NCBI RefSeq assembly: GCF_001194135.2
Contig: NC_068989.1
Span: 38,455,181-38,519,180, forward strand
Length of the DNA stretch: 64,000 nt
Reading direction: 5' to 3'
Origin: Octopus bimaculoides
Taxonomy: Eukaryota
The number at the start of each line of letters is the position of its first letter. Within the stretch, counting starts at the first letter, position 1. Positions 38,011-52,104 of this stretch are shown here, one piece after another. The position numbers and the translations under genes are program-made. The notes under the pieces were generated by a model. That model was not told the origin of the DNA, made no database searches, and was given only the letters and a program-made list of their open reading frames with translations.

Positions 38011-39667
38011 ATATGTGTGTGTATGTTTGTGTGCATAAAGTACTTTTGTGTTTTGGAATAAATTTGGTCACAGACATGAAAACATAAACAAGGAAGTACA
38101 GTTATTTAGTTATTGATATGCACACACACACATGTACACACACGTAGATGGATAGTGGGTAGACAGGTAGGTGAATGTGTAGGTTGGTTTGGGTAGGGTA
38201 GGTTTTTAAAAGAGTAGGTCGGGGGGAACTTGTAGATGAGCTAGTAGTTCACCCAATAGATATTACAGTTCATCCAAATAGATAATACCCATACCAAAAA
38301 ATATATCAACTTCAAAACCTTCAATTTAATTCTCATTGACATTCCTTGAGAAAATTTATAATATACTTCTGATGTACATGCAGCTACTCGTATACTTATA
38401 TCCTCACCTTCCAATAAGTATGAACATCTAACTTGTGTAAAAGAGATCATTATAGCATTTTCAATGGACTTTTTTGTGAGTGTGAAAACTCACATGACTG
38501 CTGTAAAAATGAAAGTCATTGTATCTGTTATCACAAGTTTGATGGAAACTAAATGTACAAATATTTGTATTATATTTTCCTGAAACTCATTTGCCATGCA
38601 TTTTATACACCTCCATCAAATGTTTGCACAACACATGCATAATTCACATCGATTTTAATTTAATTTTTGATATAATATTTAAAATTCTAATTACCGTCTT
38701 AATAATATTTCTTATCTTTTAAGTCTTGTAGTTAATATAATTTTTAAATTTATATTTTATTAATACCATTACGATAATATTTCTTATCTTTCAAGTTGCT
38801 GTGCATTTGTGTATTTTGTCTTTTGTTTGTTTCTTAATTGAAGAGAGGACAAACTGCAAATACTGACTAGACAGCCATTCACAAGAAAACTACGAAATGA
38901 CAAAGATATATTATATCTTGCTTTTCTTCTTTTTCCTTCATTCTTTCCATTCATTTTTATTTTTTATTTCTGCAAGTGGGTACACATAATGCTCACTTTT
39001 GATTTCATTGTTATTGGGTATGTATTCATCAATAACAATAATGAAAGAAACAACCTTTAACTCTTGTTGCTTAACCAACCTTCCTATGCTATATTTTCAA
39101 TATACAAACCTACTATGTATGACCTCTTGCTTTTTGGCACTTTATGTACTTACTTTTCATGTCACTACATCCTCGAAATGGTAGTGAAAAGTGGGAAGAG
39201 AAAAACAAAGCTAGATTAGTGTAGAGGCCAGCGATGTAATACAGAGGAATTTGGATATGACTGTATATTTATCTATGTTGAAAAATTATCCAGATGAACA
39301 ATATGCTTCTGTAATTTTTATAATTTAGAAAAAAATTATAAAAAACTTTGAAGACATACAAACTTTGTGAACCTAGAGTTTAAATCATTACTTTTACTTT
39401 GTCAGTCTGCATTCAGAATCCTTTTTCAGGCAACTGACAATGACTTTTAAACAAAAGTAGTCACCTTTTGTAGAACGAAGCACCTTTTACAAAAGTAATA
39501 CGTAGCTCATGAACAAGAAATCTATTTATCTCCCCATGTTGCACTGTCTCCATAAACTTTGAAAAATAACTGTGGAATTTTCACAAGTATTACCAGCATC
39601 ATATGCATGCACAAACACACAGACACACATGCGCATGCATGCACACACACACAAACACACACACACA

Positions 39668-40763
39668 CATCATCATCATCTTTTAACGTCTGTTGTCCAT
39701 GCTGGCATGGATTGGATGGTTTGACCGGGCTGGCATGCTGGTATGACATGATTTGGCATGGTTTTCTATGGTTGGATGCCCTTCCGAATGCCAACCACGC
39801 TGAGAGTGTAATGGATGCTTTTATATGCTACGAGTACAGGTGCCATTTGCATGACACCAGAGTGCTTTTATGTTCCACTGGCACAGGTACCAATTTGTGT
39901 GACACCAGTATCTGCCACAACTGCTATTTTGCTCAGCTTGATGAGTCTTCTTCTCAAGCACAACGTAATGCCAAAGGTCTTGGTTAATGACTCCATGAAT
40001 CCCAACACTCAAAAGGAATTCAACCACTTTGCCTCTGTGAGGCCTAACGCTTGAAAGAAATTCAGCCACATTGCCTCCACGAGGCTCAACACTCGATAGG
40101 TACTCAGCCATTTTTCCTCCGTGAGGCCCAACACTCAAAAGGTATTCTTTACATACTACCAGCATGGGTACACTTGGCTTGACAGGTCCTCCCAAACAGC
40201 ACATCATCAAAGGTCTTGGTCACTAGTCATTGCCTCTGTGAGGCTTAAAGTTCGAAGATCATGCTTCACCACCTCGTTCCATGTCTTCTCATGTCTACCT
40301 CTACCACAAGTTCACTCCGCAGTTAGAAATCGGCACTTCTTTACACAGCTGTCCTCATCCATATGCACCACATGACCATACCAGCACAGTCATCTCTCTT
40401 GCATACCACATCTGATGCCTTTTATTCCTCATTTTTCTCTCAAGATACTTACACACTGTTGAACATGTACATTGACATTGCACATCCAGCGAAGCATACT
40501 GGCTTCATTTATTTCAAGCCTACGCATGTCCTCAGCTGTCAAAGCCCATGTTTCACTGCCATGCAGCATAGCTGTTTGCATGCAGGCATCAAACAATCTG
40601 CCTTTCCCTCTGTAAAGTGGTTGACATTAGGAAGAGTATCCAGCTGTAAAAACCATGTCAAAACAGACAGTGGAGCATGGGGCAATCCCCTGATTTGCCA
40701 GCTTCTGTCAAACCACCCAACCCATGCCCACATGGAAAACAAACTTTAAATGATGATGATGAT
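39668..40763. mobile_element. RTE 3' portion on minus (39668-40611; ORF end, ~42-bp tandem repeats, UTR, (GAT)n tail) joined head-to-head to a plus-strand RTE 3'-UTR copy (40608-40763)
   Basis: Minus 40250-40610 is homologous to the 57860-58165 RTE ORF (…AMLHGSETW…). About four ~42-bp repeats lie at 39995-40150. Both outer ends carry (CAT)n/(GAT)n tails. Confidence 0.85.
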
Positions 40764-42689
40764 ATGAGTGCTTGGGTTTAGGGATGCCAATTTGTCCACT
40801 TTGGTGGGAATGACAATGTGAAATATACTTATTTATGATTTTCGTTATTTTATTCGGATTCATTATAATTATATTTATTTAAAACTTTTGATGTCTCATT
40901 TTTTGCAACAGTCAATTTTGTAAATCATTTTTTTAATGTTTCTGCAAATGTTTTTCTTGTTGGTTTTTTGTTAGTTGGCTTTTAACCCTGAGTATACCTT
41001 GATCAATCAGACCAATGATTAAAGGCTTTCTAGTGTTTAGAACCATCTCTTCTTGGGGTATATCAAATTACATTACCTAGCATATGCCTTTTCTTTCATT
41101 AGATACAACAATGTGATCTGATAGTTTGACTGCTATTTTTAACAGGGTGAATGACCATGTACAAGTTCTCTTATTGGCTCAAGTTCTCTCGACTGTTTTA
41201 ATCTTTCAAAATAACTCTCTTTTACTAGTTCCAACATTCAGGCTAGCTGGCGGCATTCTGGATGTAATATTTCATATTAATTTTAGTGTTTGCCAATCAT
41301 TTGCCAATTTTAGTTATTCTGTGTGTATTGTTGCAGAGAATATATTGGAACAGTAATTATTTCTTTTCAAATATAATTTATAGTTGAATTGTCTATATTT
41401 TACTCTGATATTTATATCTCAAGATATAAGCTGATAACTTTTTTTCATTATTTATTTTTCTTTGTTATTTACTTTTTTTTTAATTCTTAATCTGTTAAAT
41501 ATATTTCTTTACAAAACTTTGTATTTTTTAATAAAATTTCTGAGAGCATTATAATTTTTTTTTCTTGTTAATTAATTGGAAATATCTTTGTTGAATCTCT
41601 CAAAATCATGTGTGATAATATTCACTTTGTATTTTCATAAGCAAAAAAGGATACAGTTTGGGTGAGATTTGATTAGATGAAATACATAACATAAGATCTA
41701 AAAGTGAGACACTCTAGCAGAGATGTAAATAGAGAGACAAGTGCCACAAATAGTTCATTTGCCAAGGAAAAGGAAAGAAACAGCACATATATGATTTAGC
41801 TTCTTAGTGTAAATTCTGTTAATGATTTTTTTGGATGCAGCCATATCTGTGTAATTAAGAAGTTTACTTCATAACCAAGTGGTTTTTGGTTTGATCCCAA
41901 TGTGTGGCACTTTGGATGTTTTCTACTACAGCCATAAGTTGAGCAGTACCTTGCAACTGGAATTTAATAAACAGAAACAATGCAAAATTTGTTATATATC
42001 ATCATCATCAGGCATCATCCCATCATCATTACAACCACTGTATTATGTTTACTTTCCATGCTAGTGTGGGTCAAAGGGGTTATGATCTGCATGAGTTCTT
42101 ATCCAGAGGCATTTACCTGCAAAATGTGTTAGAGTATCGTGGCATTTTTGTCCCTATCTTTTTTAGTTTTGTTATGGCTGTTTCCTTTCCTCACACAAAT
42201 CTTTTTACAGAGTGCACTGGGTGCATTTTATCGAGGCACCAGTACTAGACATGTGACTATGTCTTCTGAAAGACAGAAGTGTCCTTCTGACCCTGCATTA
42301 TCTTTGCTTATTAGCCAAACAGTTTACAGCAGTTATAATATATGCATTTTATCTTAGCACCAGCCTTGTAGGATTGCCTTGTAACCAATAATAATGAAGT
42401 GTTCTTGCCATGTTATTTTCATTTATTCAAGAGGAATAATAGAGAGATTGATGACAATGAAGAAATAAAATTCATGGATGAAGTGGGTGACAAAATGATA
42501 GTAGAAACAGAGTATAGTAGTAGGAGAGTAGCAGAGGGCAGGAGCATACCATCTTTAGTTACACAAGCATAATAAAGTGGATAGAGGAGTGAGAGTAAGA
42601 GGGAAAGATAAGCAGGAGGAGAATGAGAATGAGAGGGTATCAAAAGGCAGGCAAGGCAGTAAATATAGACTTAGCTGGAACTATTGGAT

Positions 42690-43620
42690 TAGAGATTGGG
42701 TTGTTGTCATTTCTTATATGAAGCTCAACACCATGGGATCAGTTTTCACCTCTTTGTTCTGTGACTTTTTAAGTTTTTCTCTTCCACTAATTCCATAAAT
42801 TTTGAGTGCCACACACTTCTTTATTCAAAGTTTATTTTCTACACACATAACGTGGTTAGACCAGCACAGTCTTCTCCTGTGTATTACATCTGATTTTTCT
42901 TATTCCTAATTTCCCTCTCAGCTCATTTGTAGACCTACATTTATGCATACTGACATTATACATCCAACAAAGCATGCTCATTTACTTAAATTCTCGTTTT
43001 CAAAAATCATTTGCATGTAGAGCCTACATCTTATCATCATACTGCATCATAGTCCATACACATGTATCATTCAAATTGTCTGTCACCCTCATCGAAAATC
43101 CTATGTAGCCAGCAAAAGTAATAACGCCTTGAACTTCTTCCAGCCTGTTGATATTTGATTACAAAAGTTTTGGAACACCTACTCCACTGCAAATTAGATA
43201 ACCAAGGTAACAGAAACTATCAAATGCTTTTAAGTGCCTTCAGTCCAGTTAAGAGAATCGGTTTCTCAGGTGAACTTAGTGTTTATTGCCTATGTCCACC
43301 TCCTAGCATTCAAAGTCTACCACCTCTGTAGATTACTTGTAAGTCTGCTATACCATACATGCATTAATACTCTAAACTAGGTTCAGCAATAGGATTGCTA
43401 TCTATTCCCTTTCAGCATTTTGAGTATGACAGTTTTCCTGATGCACTCAGTACTCTGTCTTCTTTCTTGTCACTAATGCTAAGTTTCTTTTGGGATTCCT
43501 TGATTCTAAGTTTCACTTCCAGATCTGAAAATTTTCTTTAATTTTAATACAGACTCAACTATGCGATTTATCTCATGACTCCAGTTTCATGCCATGGTGA
43601 TCTGCAGGGGTGAACTATTA
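42690..43620 (-). mobile_element. Decayed RTE LINE RT fragment
   Basis: The minus strand encodes …SMLCWMYNVS…NELRGKLGIRKIRC…, homologous to the 57900 RTE ORF, with many stops. Confidence 0.6.
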
Positions 43621-44135
43621 CAACACAGTTTTGTCATTCATTTATTTTCAATAGTGATGGTGTGATGTCTTTTTAGTGACTGTAGATTGATTTCTTTTTT
43701 GCAAAAGATTTTGTGCTCTATATTAGCTATTTTTATAGTAAACGTTTATTTATATTTGTTGGTTAGGGGTGTGTTTAACTGTTTATATTACAATTTGTTT
43801 ATTTCTCCTGAGGTTTTGGAGATATTTTTTCTTGTTGGATTTATTTGTGAAATTCATTAATGCTATTTGTTTGCAAAGAATGTTTATTTATTGTTATATT
43901 TGTCAAGTCTATGTTTTCATTAGAGAAGGTATTCATTTATAGAAAAATTTGTGAAGCATTTCATGTGTACTGGTATTAGGATTCTTGCTTGAGTGATTTT
44001 TCTTCTGTGGATATCTTTGTTGATGCTTGTGAGTGTGTGTTTGTATGTGGTTCAACTTTTATGGATGACATTTTTTTTATCAAGGCATATATTTATTTGT
44101 TTCTTTGAAACTGCCGGTATGTATTTATGGCAAAG

Positions 44136-44214
<79 letters not shown>

Positions 44215-44589
44215 GCTGGGGTATGATAGTTTTGGCTCTTTGTGATTGTTTTATCCTGATTGACATTCACAATATAATTTTTCAAAATGAATTTATTTTG
44301 GTGTCTGTAGTGTGAGAAGTTTCATTTGGTGTGTTTTCTGTGTTTATATCCCACTATGTATGTGTGCATGGTGTATGTGTCTTTGAGGGCTCCAGTGAAT
44401 GTGCTGAGGTTGTTTTGTTTATTGGTTTGTCCTTCTTTTAACATTGTTGCTTTGTCAGCTATTTTTAGGAAGCTTTTACATTATAAGCATGTTTGTGTTA
44501 TTGTGCAGTTGCATAGGTTTGTGCCTGTGTGTTTATTTCTTGATTGTTTTAGCTTGTGAGGCCAGAATTTGTTTGATTTTCAAAGCGTT

Positions 44590-44760
44590 TAGGCTGTGAG
44601 TACAAGTCTCCCCACTGAATGGAATGCCAGTCACAATATTAATCCCACAAAATTGTTTTAGTACACATTTTCAGCTGAGTGTATGGATTAACCATTAAAT
44701 GAAATACTCAAGAACACAATGCACTACCCAATCCACAGCCTAACGCATGTGAGCCCAATA
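44590..44760 (-). mobile_element. Degenerate SINE fragment with V-domain-like core
   Basis: The reverse complement gtgactggcattccattcagtgggg resembles atggactggcgtcccgtccagctgggg at 63735-63762. Confidence 0.45.
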
Positions 44761-46789
44761 CCATTAACTTACCTTCACAGTGGGTTCCCATGTTGCTATT
44801 AGATTATTGTATATTATGTTTTATGGGTCTTGTTCAGCTGCAGCTAACTTTTGTATTATTCCTATTGCATAGTTTGTGGCATTTATGTTGTTAGGATGTG
44901 TTCAGTGATTGGTGCTGGAAGGCATATATACTACACCTATTTTTGCATTTAGTCTGAAGAGTGTATTAACTCTATCACACAGTGTCACTGGTATTGCAGA
45001 ACAGCTTAAAATGTAATCTCTACCATATTGCTATTAAGTGTAATGAATAATCATAGAAAAAGAAGATAAAATACTAGAATTAGACAACTGACCATGATGC
45101 TTTGTAGTCAAGTGTGATTATTATTCGTTGTTAATGATGCCCCCCATAGCTGTTGTTTATTTTTGCTTTTAAATGAAAAAATTGTTTTTGTGATGAAACA
45201 AGCATATGAAGAGCCCAATACTTTTTCTGGTAAATGAGCAAAGCCTAGACTTTTTACAGTTGTGGAAATTGTTGATATTTATTCCGTGGATGAAGAGTTT
45301 ACGCTTATGCAGACAATGCGAGTGATTCAGACAAACTAGTAAAAGTGATGAAGAAAGAAGCAATTTTGGTGAACTAATGTGGTAGTTGAGAGATAGGTCT
45401 ATTACTGTTATTCTAATTCGTTTTGCAATTCTGTTCATTAGCAATCATTATTCTTGAGCTGTGTATGCAACTATTTATTTTTTTTACTCAAGAACCCAAA
45501 TGGAGGGCAAAGTTAGAAACAGGGCCCCAGGCCTGAGAGAGTTAAGAGTATTAAACAAATGGTGTTGTTATTGTTTTTGTTTAGCTTGTTTGTGAATTTT
45601 GAGGTATATATTTTAGTTTGTCTTTGAATCAACTAGGCTTTATGGCTTCTTTATAGAATGGTGTAGCTTTATTAAATCATTTTGTGTGATGAAATTGAAG
45701 AGTTTCTCTGGCTTATACTGCTAAGGTTTTCATTCTCAATGGTGGGGTATTATTATGATATTATGTCAATATAATTGGTTAGGTTTGCTTAGCTGATTGT
45801 TTTAGGTTGCAATTTTTAAGGTGCTAATTATATTTTTTTCTGATTTTATCTCATATTTTGGGAGATGGCTAGGCTCTTACACCAAGTACACCTCTAATGG
45901 ATTTCATAGGTATTTGAATTCCTCACTCAAGCTTTAATAGTTAGATAAATCTCCATTCCATAGTAGCATGCCCTTGTGATGTCAAAGAATTCATTTACCA
46001 TTTTTAACCTAAGATAAGTTATGGAACTGGAGAGACTTGTGTGCATAAACAACTATATTTAGTTGCTGTTCACTGATAGAAATGAATCTCTCAGCAAATG
46101 TTGATGCTTTTTTTATAGTAAGAGTTTGCCAACAAATGGGGAAAGGTCAGTGATGTTGAATGCATATGTAAACACACATACTTAACAAAATACTTTGGCA
46201 ACGTTATCTACTCATAAATAATTGATATAGTAGGTCTTATTAAATACAAAATACATACACAAAAATATATTTAGAAACATTTCAATCATGATCAAAACAT
46301 ATTTCAAACTCACACAAATATATGCACATAGAAACACTAACAAAGAAGCCTACCAAAAAAATTCACTCTAGCAGGAATCCTAATACCAAGACACATGAAA
46401 TTCTTCCTAAATTATTCCATAAGAAAAGTCTTCACTAATGACAAAAACGAAGCTTTATCAAAGATCATGCAGACACAGATTGTTCACAAAAATGTAATTT
46501 TTATCACTCTATAAAGACATTCTAAGGTTTTCAGTGAAAAAAAGAAAAACAGATGGAAGGAATGCTATCATTTTCAACATCAACAAAAGTAAAAGCTGTA
46601 AAACTTATTGCTTCAGCAGTAGTGTGGTCCATTGATGAGAAGGTCGTGGGTAAGGCCATGTTTAAAAGAGTTGCCCAGAAAATAAATCATAAATACAAAC
46701 ATGCACATAGATGCAGGCTAGGCTGTGTGGTTAAGAAGTTTATTTTCTAACTACGTGATTTTGGGTTCAATAAAATACTAAAATACTAA

Positions 46790-47450
46790 AATGTAAATTT
46801 ATTCAATAAAATCACCATTGGCTTCAGCCATGGCCTCCAGTTGGCTTTGGAATCTCCTGCAACTCTTCTGGATGGTCTCCTTGTTTAAGTTGGTGAATGC
46901 TGCCATAATCCTTACCTTCAGTTCATCTGTGGTGTTACATGGAGCTTTGTTGGTCTCTCACTCAACTGTGCTCCACACATAACAATCAAGTGGGCTGCAG
47001 TCTGAGGAGTTAGGTGGCCAGATGTTAGGGGTGATGTGGTCACAGAAATTGTTTGACCGCCATGACTGAGTTCTCCTGCTTGTGTGACATGCTGTAGAGA
47101 CCTTTTGACAGACAGGGTCTTCTAGCACCAACCCTCTTGACTCAGGGCAGCACTACCTCTTCCAGGCACTTGATGCAGGCCTCCGTGTTGAGTCTGATGC
47201 CTTGTGGGAAAATGAATAGAGGCATAACATCACCATCACTAGTGATCACTCTATATACCATGATGATGACTGGATGTTTGATTTTTATCACTCGCATTAC
47301 ATCTGAGATTGCACCCAAACACTCTGAAATATTTGAATTGGAGATTCTGGCTCAAATGCCAAGCAACACAACATGTCCTTTCCAAATTTCTGGCACAGTA
47401 AATTGTGTGATGGTGCAGTTATTCTCACAAACAGTGCTCAACTGACCCTA
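46790..47450 (-). mobile_element. Internally deleted DD37D (maT-like) mariner
   Basis: On the minus strand a TIR-like agggtcagttgag and an N-terminal PEIWKGHVVLLGI are joined directly to KHPVIIMV…SDGDVMP…, then ITPNIWPPNSSDCSPLDCYVW…EANGDFIE*. Confidence 0.85.
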
Positions 47451-47602
47451 TTATATTGTGTAGTCAACAAAATCAAAACCAATGCACATGTGAGAAATTA
47501 ACAATATAAAATGGCAACAATTTACCCATCGCACCCTGTATGTGTGTGTGTGTATGTGTATGTGTGTGTGTATATATATATGTGTATATATGTATATGTA
47601 TC

Positions 47603-47654
<52 letters not shown>

Positions 47655-48214
47655 GATAAAATTTTCAAAAAAATTTATCAGTGGCCAGCATATTATAAAA
47701 TACCTTTTAGGGTGAAAATAATAAACAACTTAAAAATAAGGGCAAAAGAAAAAAATTTCTATGCCAAATATGCCAAGAATAGACTTTAAATTGTCAATAA
47801 CCACATATAAAAAATTTTTAGAAATTTCTGTCAACTTGCTTCGAGACATGTGCTTATAGTGATGAATTAATTATATGTGGNNNNNNNNNNNNNNNNNNNN
47901 NNNNNNNNNNNNNNNNNNNNNNNNNNNNNNNNNNNNNNNNNNNNNNNNNNNNNNNNNNNNNNNNNNNNNNNNNNNNNNNNNNNNNNNNNNNNNNNNNNNN
48001 NNNNNNNNNNNNNNNNNNNNNNNNNNNNNNNNNNNNNNNNNNNNNNNNNNNNNNNNNNNNNTATGTGTGTGTGTGTATATGTGTGTGTATGCGCGTGCGT
48101 GTGTATATGTGCATATATATCATCATCATCATCATCATCGTTTAACGTCCGCTTTCTGTGTTGGCATGAGTTGGATGATTTGACTGAGGCCTGGCAAGCC
48201 AGAAGGCTGCCCAC

Positions 48215-49115
48215 TTTTCACGCAACAATCAAAACAATTCAACTTTAGATTTAGGTTTCTGTTGAGTTTTTTGTATAGCTCTATCTAGTATGCTCCAAAG
48301 ATTTTCAGTTGGGTTCATGTCAGGAGATTGGCTCAGCCAAGGAAGCTTTTTAATCCCCTTTTTAGTCAGCCGTTTTTGATTCCTTTTCGCTGTGTGGCAT
48401 GGAGTCCCATCTTCCATGTGAATACATCGGAAGTAGTCCTTGCTTAAGTATTACGATGTATTTTTCAGAGTTTATGGTTACAACACATTCGATCAGCTCA
48501 GAACAACCATTGCTGGTGACAGCTCCTCATACTGTTACAGAGATACTGCCATTTTTCACAGTTGGTTGGAGTCGTTTCAAATCAGATTCTTGACCCAAAC
48601 ACGTCTGCTGTCTGAAAAAATGCAAATCTTGGTTCATTTGAGAAAATCACTCTATCCCAAAATGAGCTGGATTTTTCTGACATCTCTTTAGCCCATTTCT
48701 TTTTTTTTTTTTACATGATATTAATTTATTGAAGGAGAGGTTTTCTTCTAGCTGCTCATCCATAATACCCAACCTTATGCAGATATGCAACACACATTCT
48801 TGGACTAACTTCTAGCTGTTTTGCAATGTCAGAAGCCTTCGAACCGGGGCTCGTTTTCCACAATTCTCTTCAAACAATGAAGCTTCCTTTCCAAGGGCTC
48901 AGGTCAGCTGGAATGAGAATCTGTTGATACTTTTCCTTGGCTTTTGAATTGCACTATAATTCTATTAACAGTAGCAAGGGGAATTTGAAGATTTTCGGCA
49001 TTTTTTTGCTGGCTAAGACCAGCCTCAGATTGCCCAACAATATGACCTCTTTGAAAATCTGACAGTTCTGCTGAATTTTTTGTGCCTGGTATGGTTGCTT
49101 TTTGCAAATGTTTAA
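48215..49115 (-). mobile_element. Tc1-like (DD34E) transposase pseudogene; its 5' end and TIR continue at 50360-50484 beyond the nested mariner
   Basis: [12 protein letters not shown]…[10 protein letters not shown] (HTH), VIFSNE, DGTPCHTAK and WLSQSPDMNPTENLWSIL. The 5' terminus is cacagacatgcaggaagtaaatagacacc (revcomp, 50484), followed by TA. Confidence 0.85.
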
Positions 49116-49117
49116 TA

Positions 49118-50357
49118 TTAGATTGTCAAGAGAGTTCTTGTGAAATTTTAAATTTTGGTTTTAAATGACGTATTTTCAAATTAATTTTCATTAAATTACT
49201 TTGATTTTATATATCATTTTAAAGCCTGTTTTGCGCTCTATCTAATCGTGTTACTCTTTTACTTTTTGAATAATTAGACCATTTTTTCCAGAATGTTGAA
49301 TACAACATGGACAAAAAGCAAATTCGCACAATTTTCTTATTCCAGTTCAAGCTAGGCCGAAAAGCTGCTGAAACAGCTCACGATATCAACGATGCATTTG
49401 GCCCAGGAACCACTAATGAACATACAGCACAATGGTGGTTCAAGAAATTTTATATTGGTGACGAGAGTCTTGAAGATGATAAGTGTAGTGGTTGACCATC
49501 AGATGTTGACAACTAAGAGCCTTAGTCGAAGCCAATCCACGCACAACTGTTCGAGAGCTTGCTTCTGAATTAGACATAATGTATACAACAATTTCCAACC
49601 ACTTGAAAGAGATTGGAAAAACAAAAATACTTGAGAAATGGGTGCCATTTTGAAGTGTCTTCCCTTCTTTTACGCAACAAGAATGACCCATTTCTTGACC
49701 GGATTGTGACTTGCAATGAAAAGTGGATTTTTTACGACAACCAGCGACACTCAGCTCAGTGGTTGGATGCTGACGAAGCTCCACAGTGCTTCCTGAAGCC
49801 AAAGTTGCACCAAAAGAAGGTCATGGTGATTGTTTGGTGGTCTGCGGCCAGTCTCATCCATCACAGTTTTTTGGATCCAGGCAAAACCATTACAGTGGAG
49901 AAGTATTGTCAGCAAATGGATGAAATGCATAAGTAACTTCGACAACAACAGCCAGCATTGGTCAATAGAAAATGACTAATTCTTCTCCATGACAACGCTC
50001 GGCCACACATTGCACAACTGACCCTGCAGAAGTTGAACGATTTGGGCTACGAAACTCTGCCATACTCATACTCACCAGACCTCTCGCCTACCACTACCAC
50101 TTTTTCAAGCATCGCAACAACTTCCTGCGTGAGAAATGCTTCAAAAACCAAGTCGATGCCAAACACGCCTTCAACGACTTCATTGGCACCAGAACGCAGG
50201 ATGTTTATGCTACTGACATAAGTAAACTTGTTTCGCGTTGTCAAAAGCGTGTTGATTCTGATGGTGTTTATTTTGATTAATAAAGTTTTGTTTGAGCCGA
50301 GATATGTGCACCTGAATTTAAAGGTTAAAAACCACAAGAACTTTCTTGACAACCTAA
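49118..50357 (+). mobile_element. Near full-length cecropia-subfamily (Hsmar1-like) mariner with TIRs and TA TSD; transposase pseudogene 49307-50277
   Basis: The TIRs are TA|ttagattgtcaagagagttcttgtg and ccacaagaactttcttgacaacctaa|TA. The protein remnants are MDKKQIRTIFLFQFKLGRKAAETA…, IVTCNEKWIFYDN, LLHDNARPH and YSPDLSP. There are stops at 49493 and 49934, a deletion in the WVPHEL region, and frameshifts. Confidence 0.95.
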
Positions 50358-50494
50358 TATAATGGTACCTGGAATGAAAAAGAATAATTACATTGCAAAT
50401 TCTACACCGCTGAAAATATATTAAAACGCGTAGATCAGAAATTTTGAATATTAAAGGTGTCTATTTACTTCCTGCATGTCTGTGTATATTTATC

Positions 50495-50529
<35 letters not shown>

Positions 50530-50621
50530 ATATATGTATATGTATACATATATGTATATATTTATACACAAACGTGTGTGTGTTTGTGTGTATATGTGTG
50601 TGTCTGTATATGTTTACATGC

Positions 50622-50678
<57 letters not shown>

Positions 50679-52104
50679 ATGTATTGTATACATACATGTT
50701 TGATCTGCTTGCTGACCAATGAAAGCCATGGGGGCCTTATCTTTATTTTAGTTATTGGTTTTTTAATCTTACAAACATTTCAATTTCCTTTACTTTATTA
50801 TTGACTAATAAAGAACTAGTTTTGACACTCTTTTATCTCCTTATTTCCCTCTCTCCCTCCTTCGCTTCAGAGAATGAGAGGGCTTGAATAACAAAGAAAT
50901 AGGGTGAAAGTATAAGATAGTGTAAGAAACAGACAGTGCAGGAGAAGAAAGAAAAGTGAAAGGGAGCTGGAGGATGTAAAAGAAATATGAGTGATACTTT
51001 CCCTTCTGCACAATATTTTAAATTCAGATGCTACCCACACACGCACACCCCACCACAGACAGGTGTTTTAATTGCATTTGTAATAATGTCTTCATCTTGA
51101 ATAAATTGAAACAAATGACATCTCAAATCTTTGAAAAAAAGTGAAATGGCAGTTTTACCTTGATTTTCTTATTTTGTAACAGAACGCAATGTGCAATTTT
51201 TAAATATAATTTTATAAGAACATCTGACTTTTCATGGTTCCAATTTTCTTTGCTTTTTCCGTTTTGTTATTCAAACTATAACAAGTTATTCAAACTATAA
51301 CAAGTTATTCTTTGACTGTTTACTAACAATTACAAAAATCTATTACAAGAAGGAAGATTAAACAGTATCCTCTATCCTCAAATGCTGTAAAATGTGGTCA
51401 AATACATCACATCTGTTTTTTTCAAATGAATATCAAACCATAAATTATTCTAAATTGCCTGCAACCAAGAATATATTTTAACAGTTATGTGAAAGGTGCT
51501 ACAACAACATTTGCTGGAATAATGTTATTTGACCACTGTAATTTGATAGAGATATATGTAGCAGATTGGCATTCTATTTTGTATATTACTTTTAACTTCA
51601 GAAAGTCAAATAATGACTCAAAGTTTTCCACACAAGTCATTAAATTCAACACCAGTATTTGTAAATAAAAAAAAAGAAGCTAAAATGTAGTTTAAATAAT
51701 GAAACAGAGAAGTCATTAAAATCAGCAGCATTATTTCCAGTAATAAACCAAAAAATGTGTAAAACAATTTGGGACCATGAAAAGTCAATAGTGCCCAGAA
51801 ACCAATAACTTATATAATTTATTTAGTGTTTGTTTAGTCAGATTTAGTAAAAATTCGCTTTTAATACATTTTAATACTGCTCTGTTCAAAATGGAATCTT
51901 CAATGAAAATAGAAAAATTTAATGAAAATATTAAAGATATCTAACTGTAAATACACACACACACACATATAAATACTATAATATATGTTTTAATACTATA
52001 TGATATACATACCTTAATACCATAGTGTATGCATCTTATATCAGATTAAATATTAACGTATGATTTCAGTAGAAGGCATATGCAATGAGGTGCATAGTTG
52101 CAAG

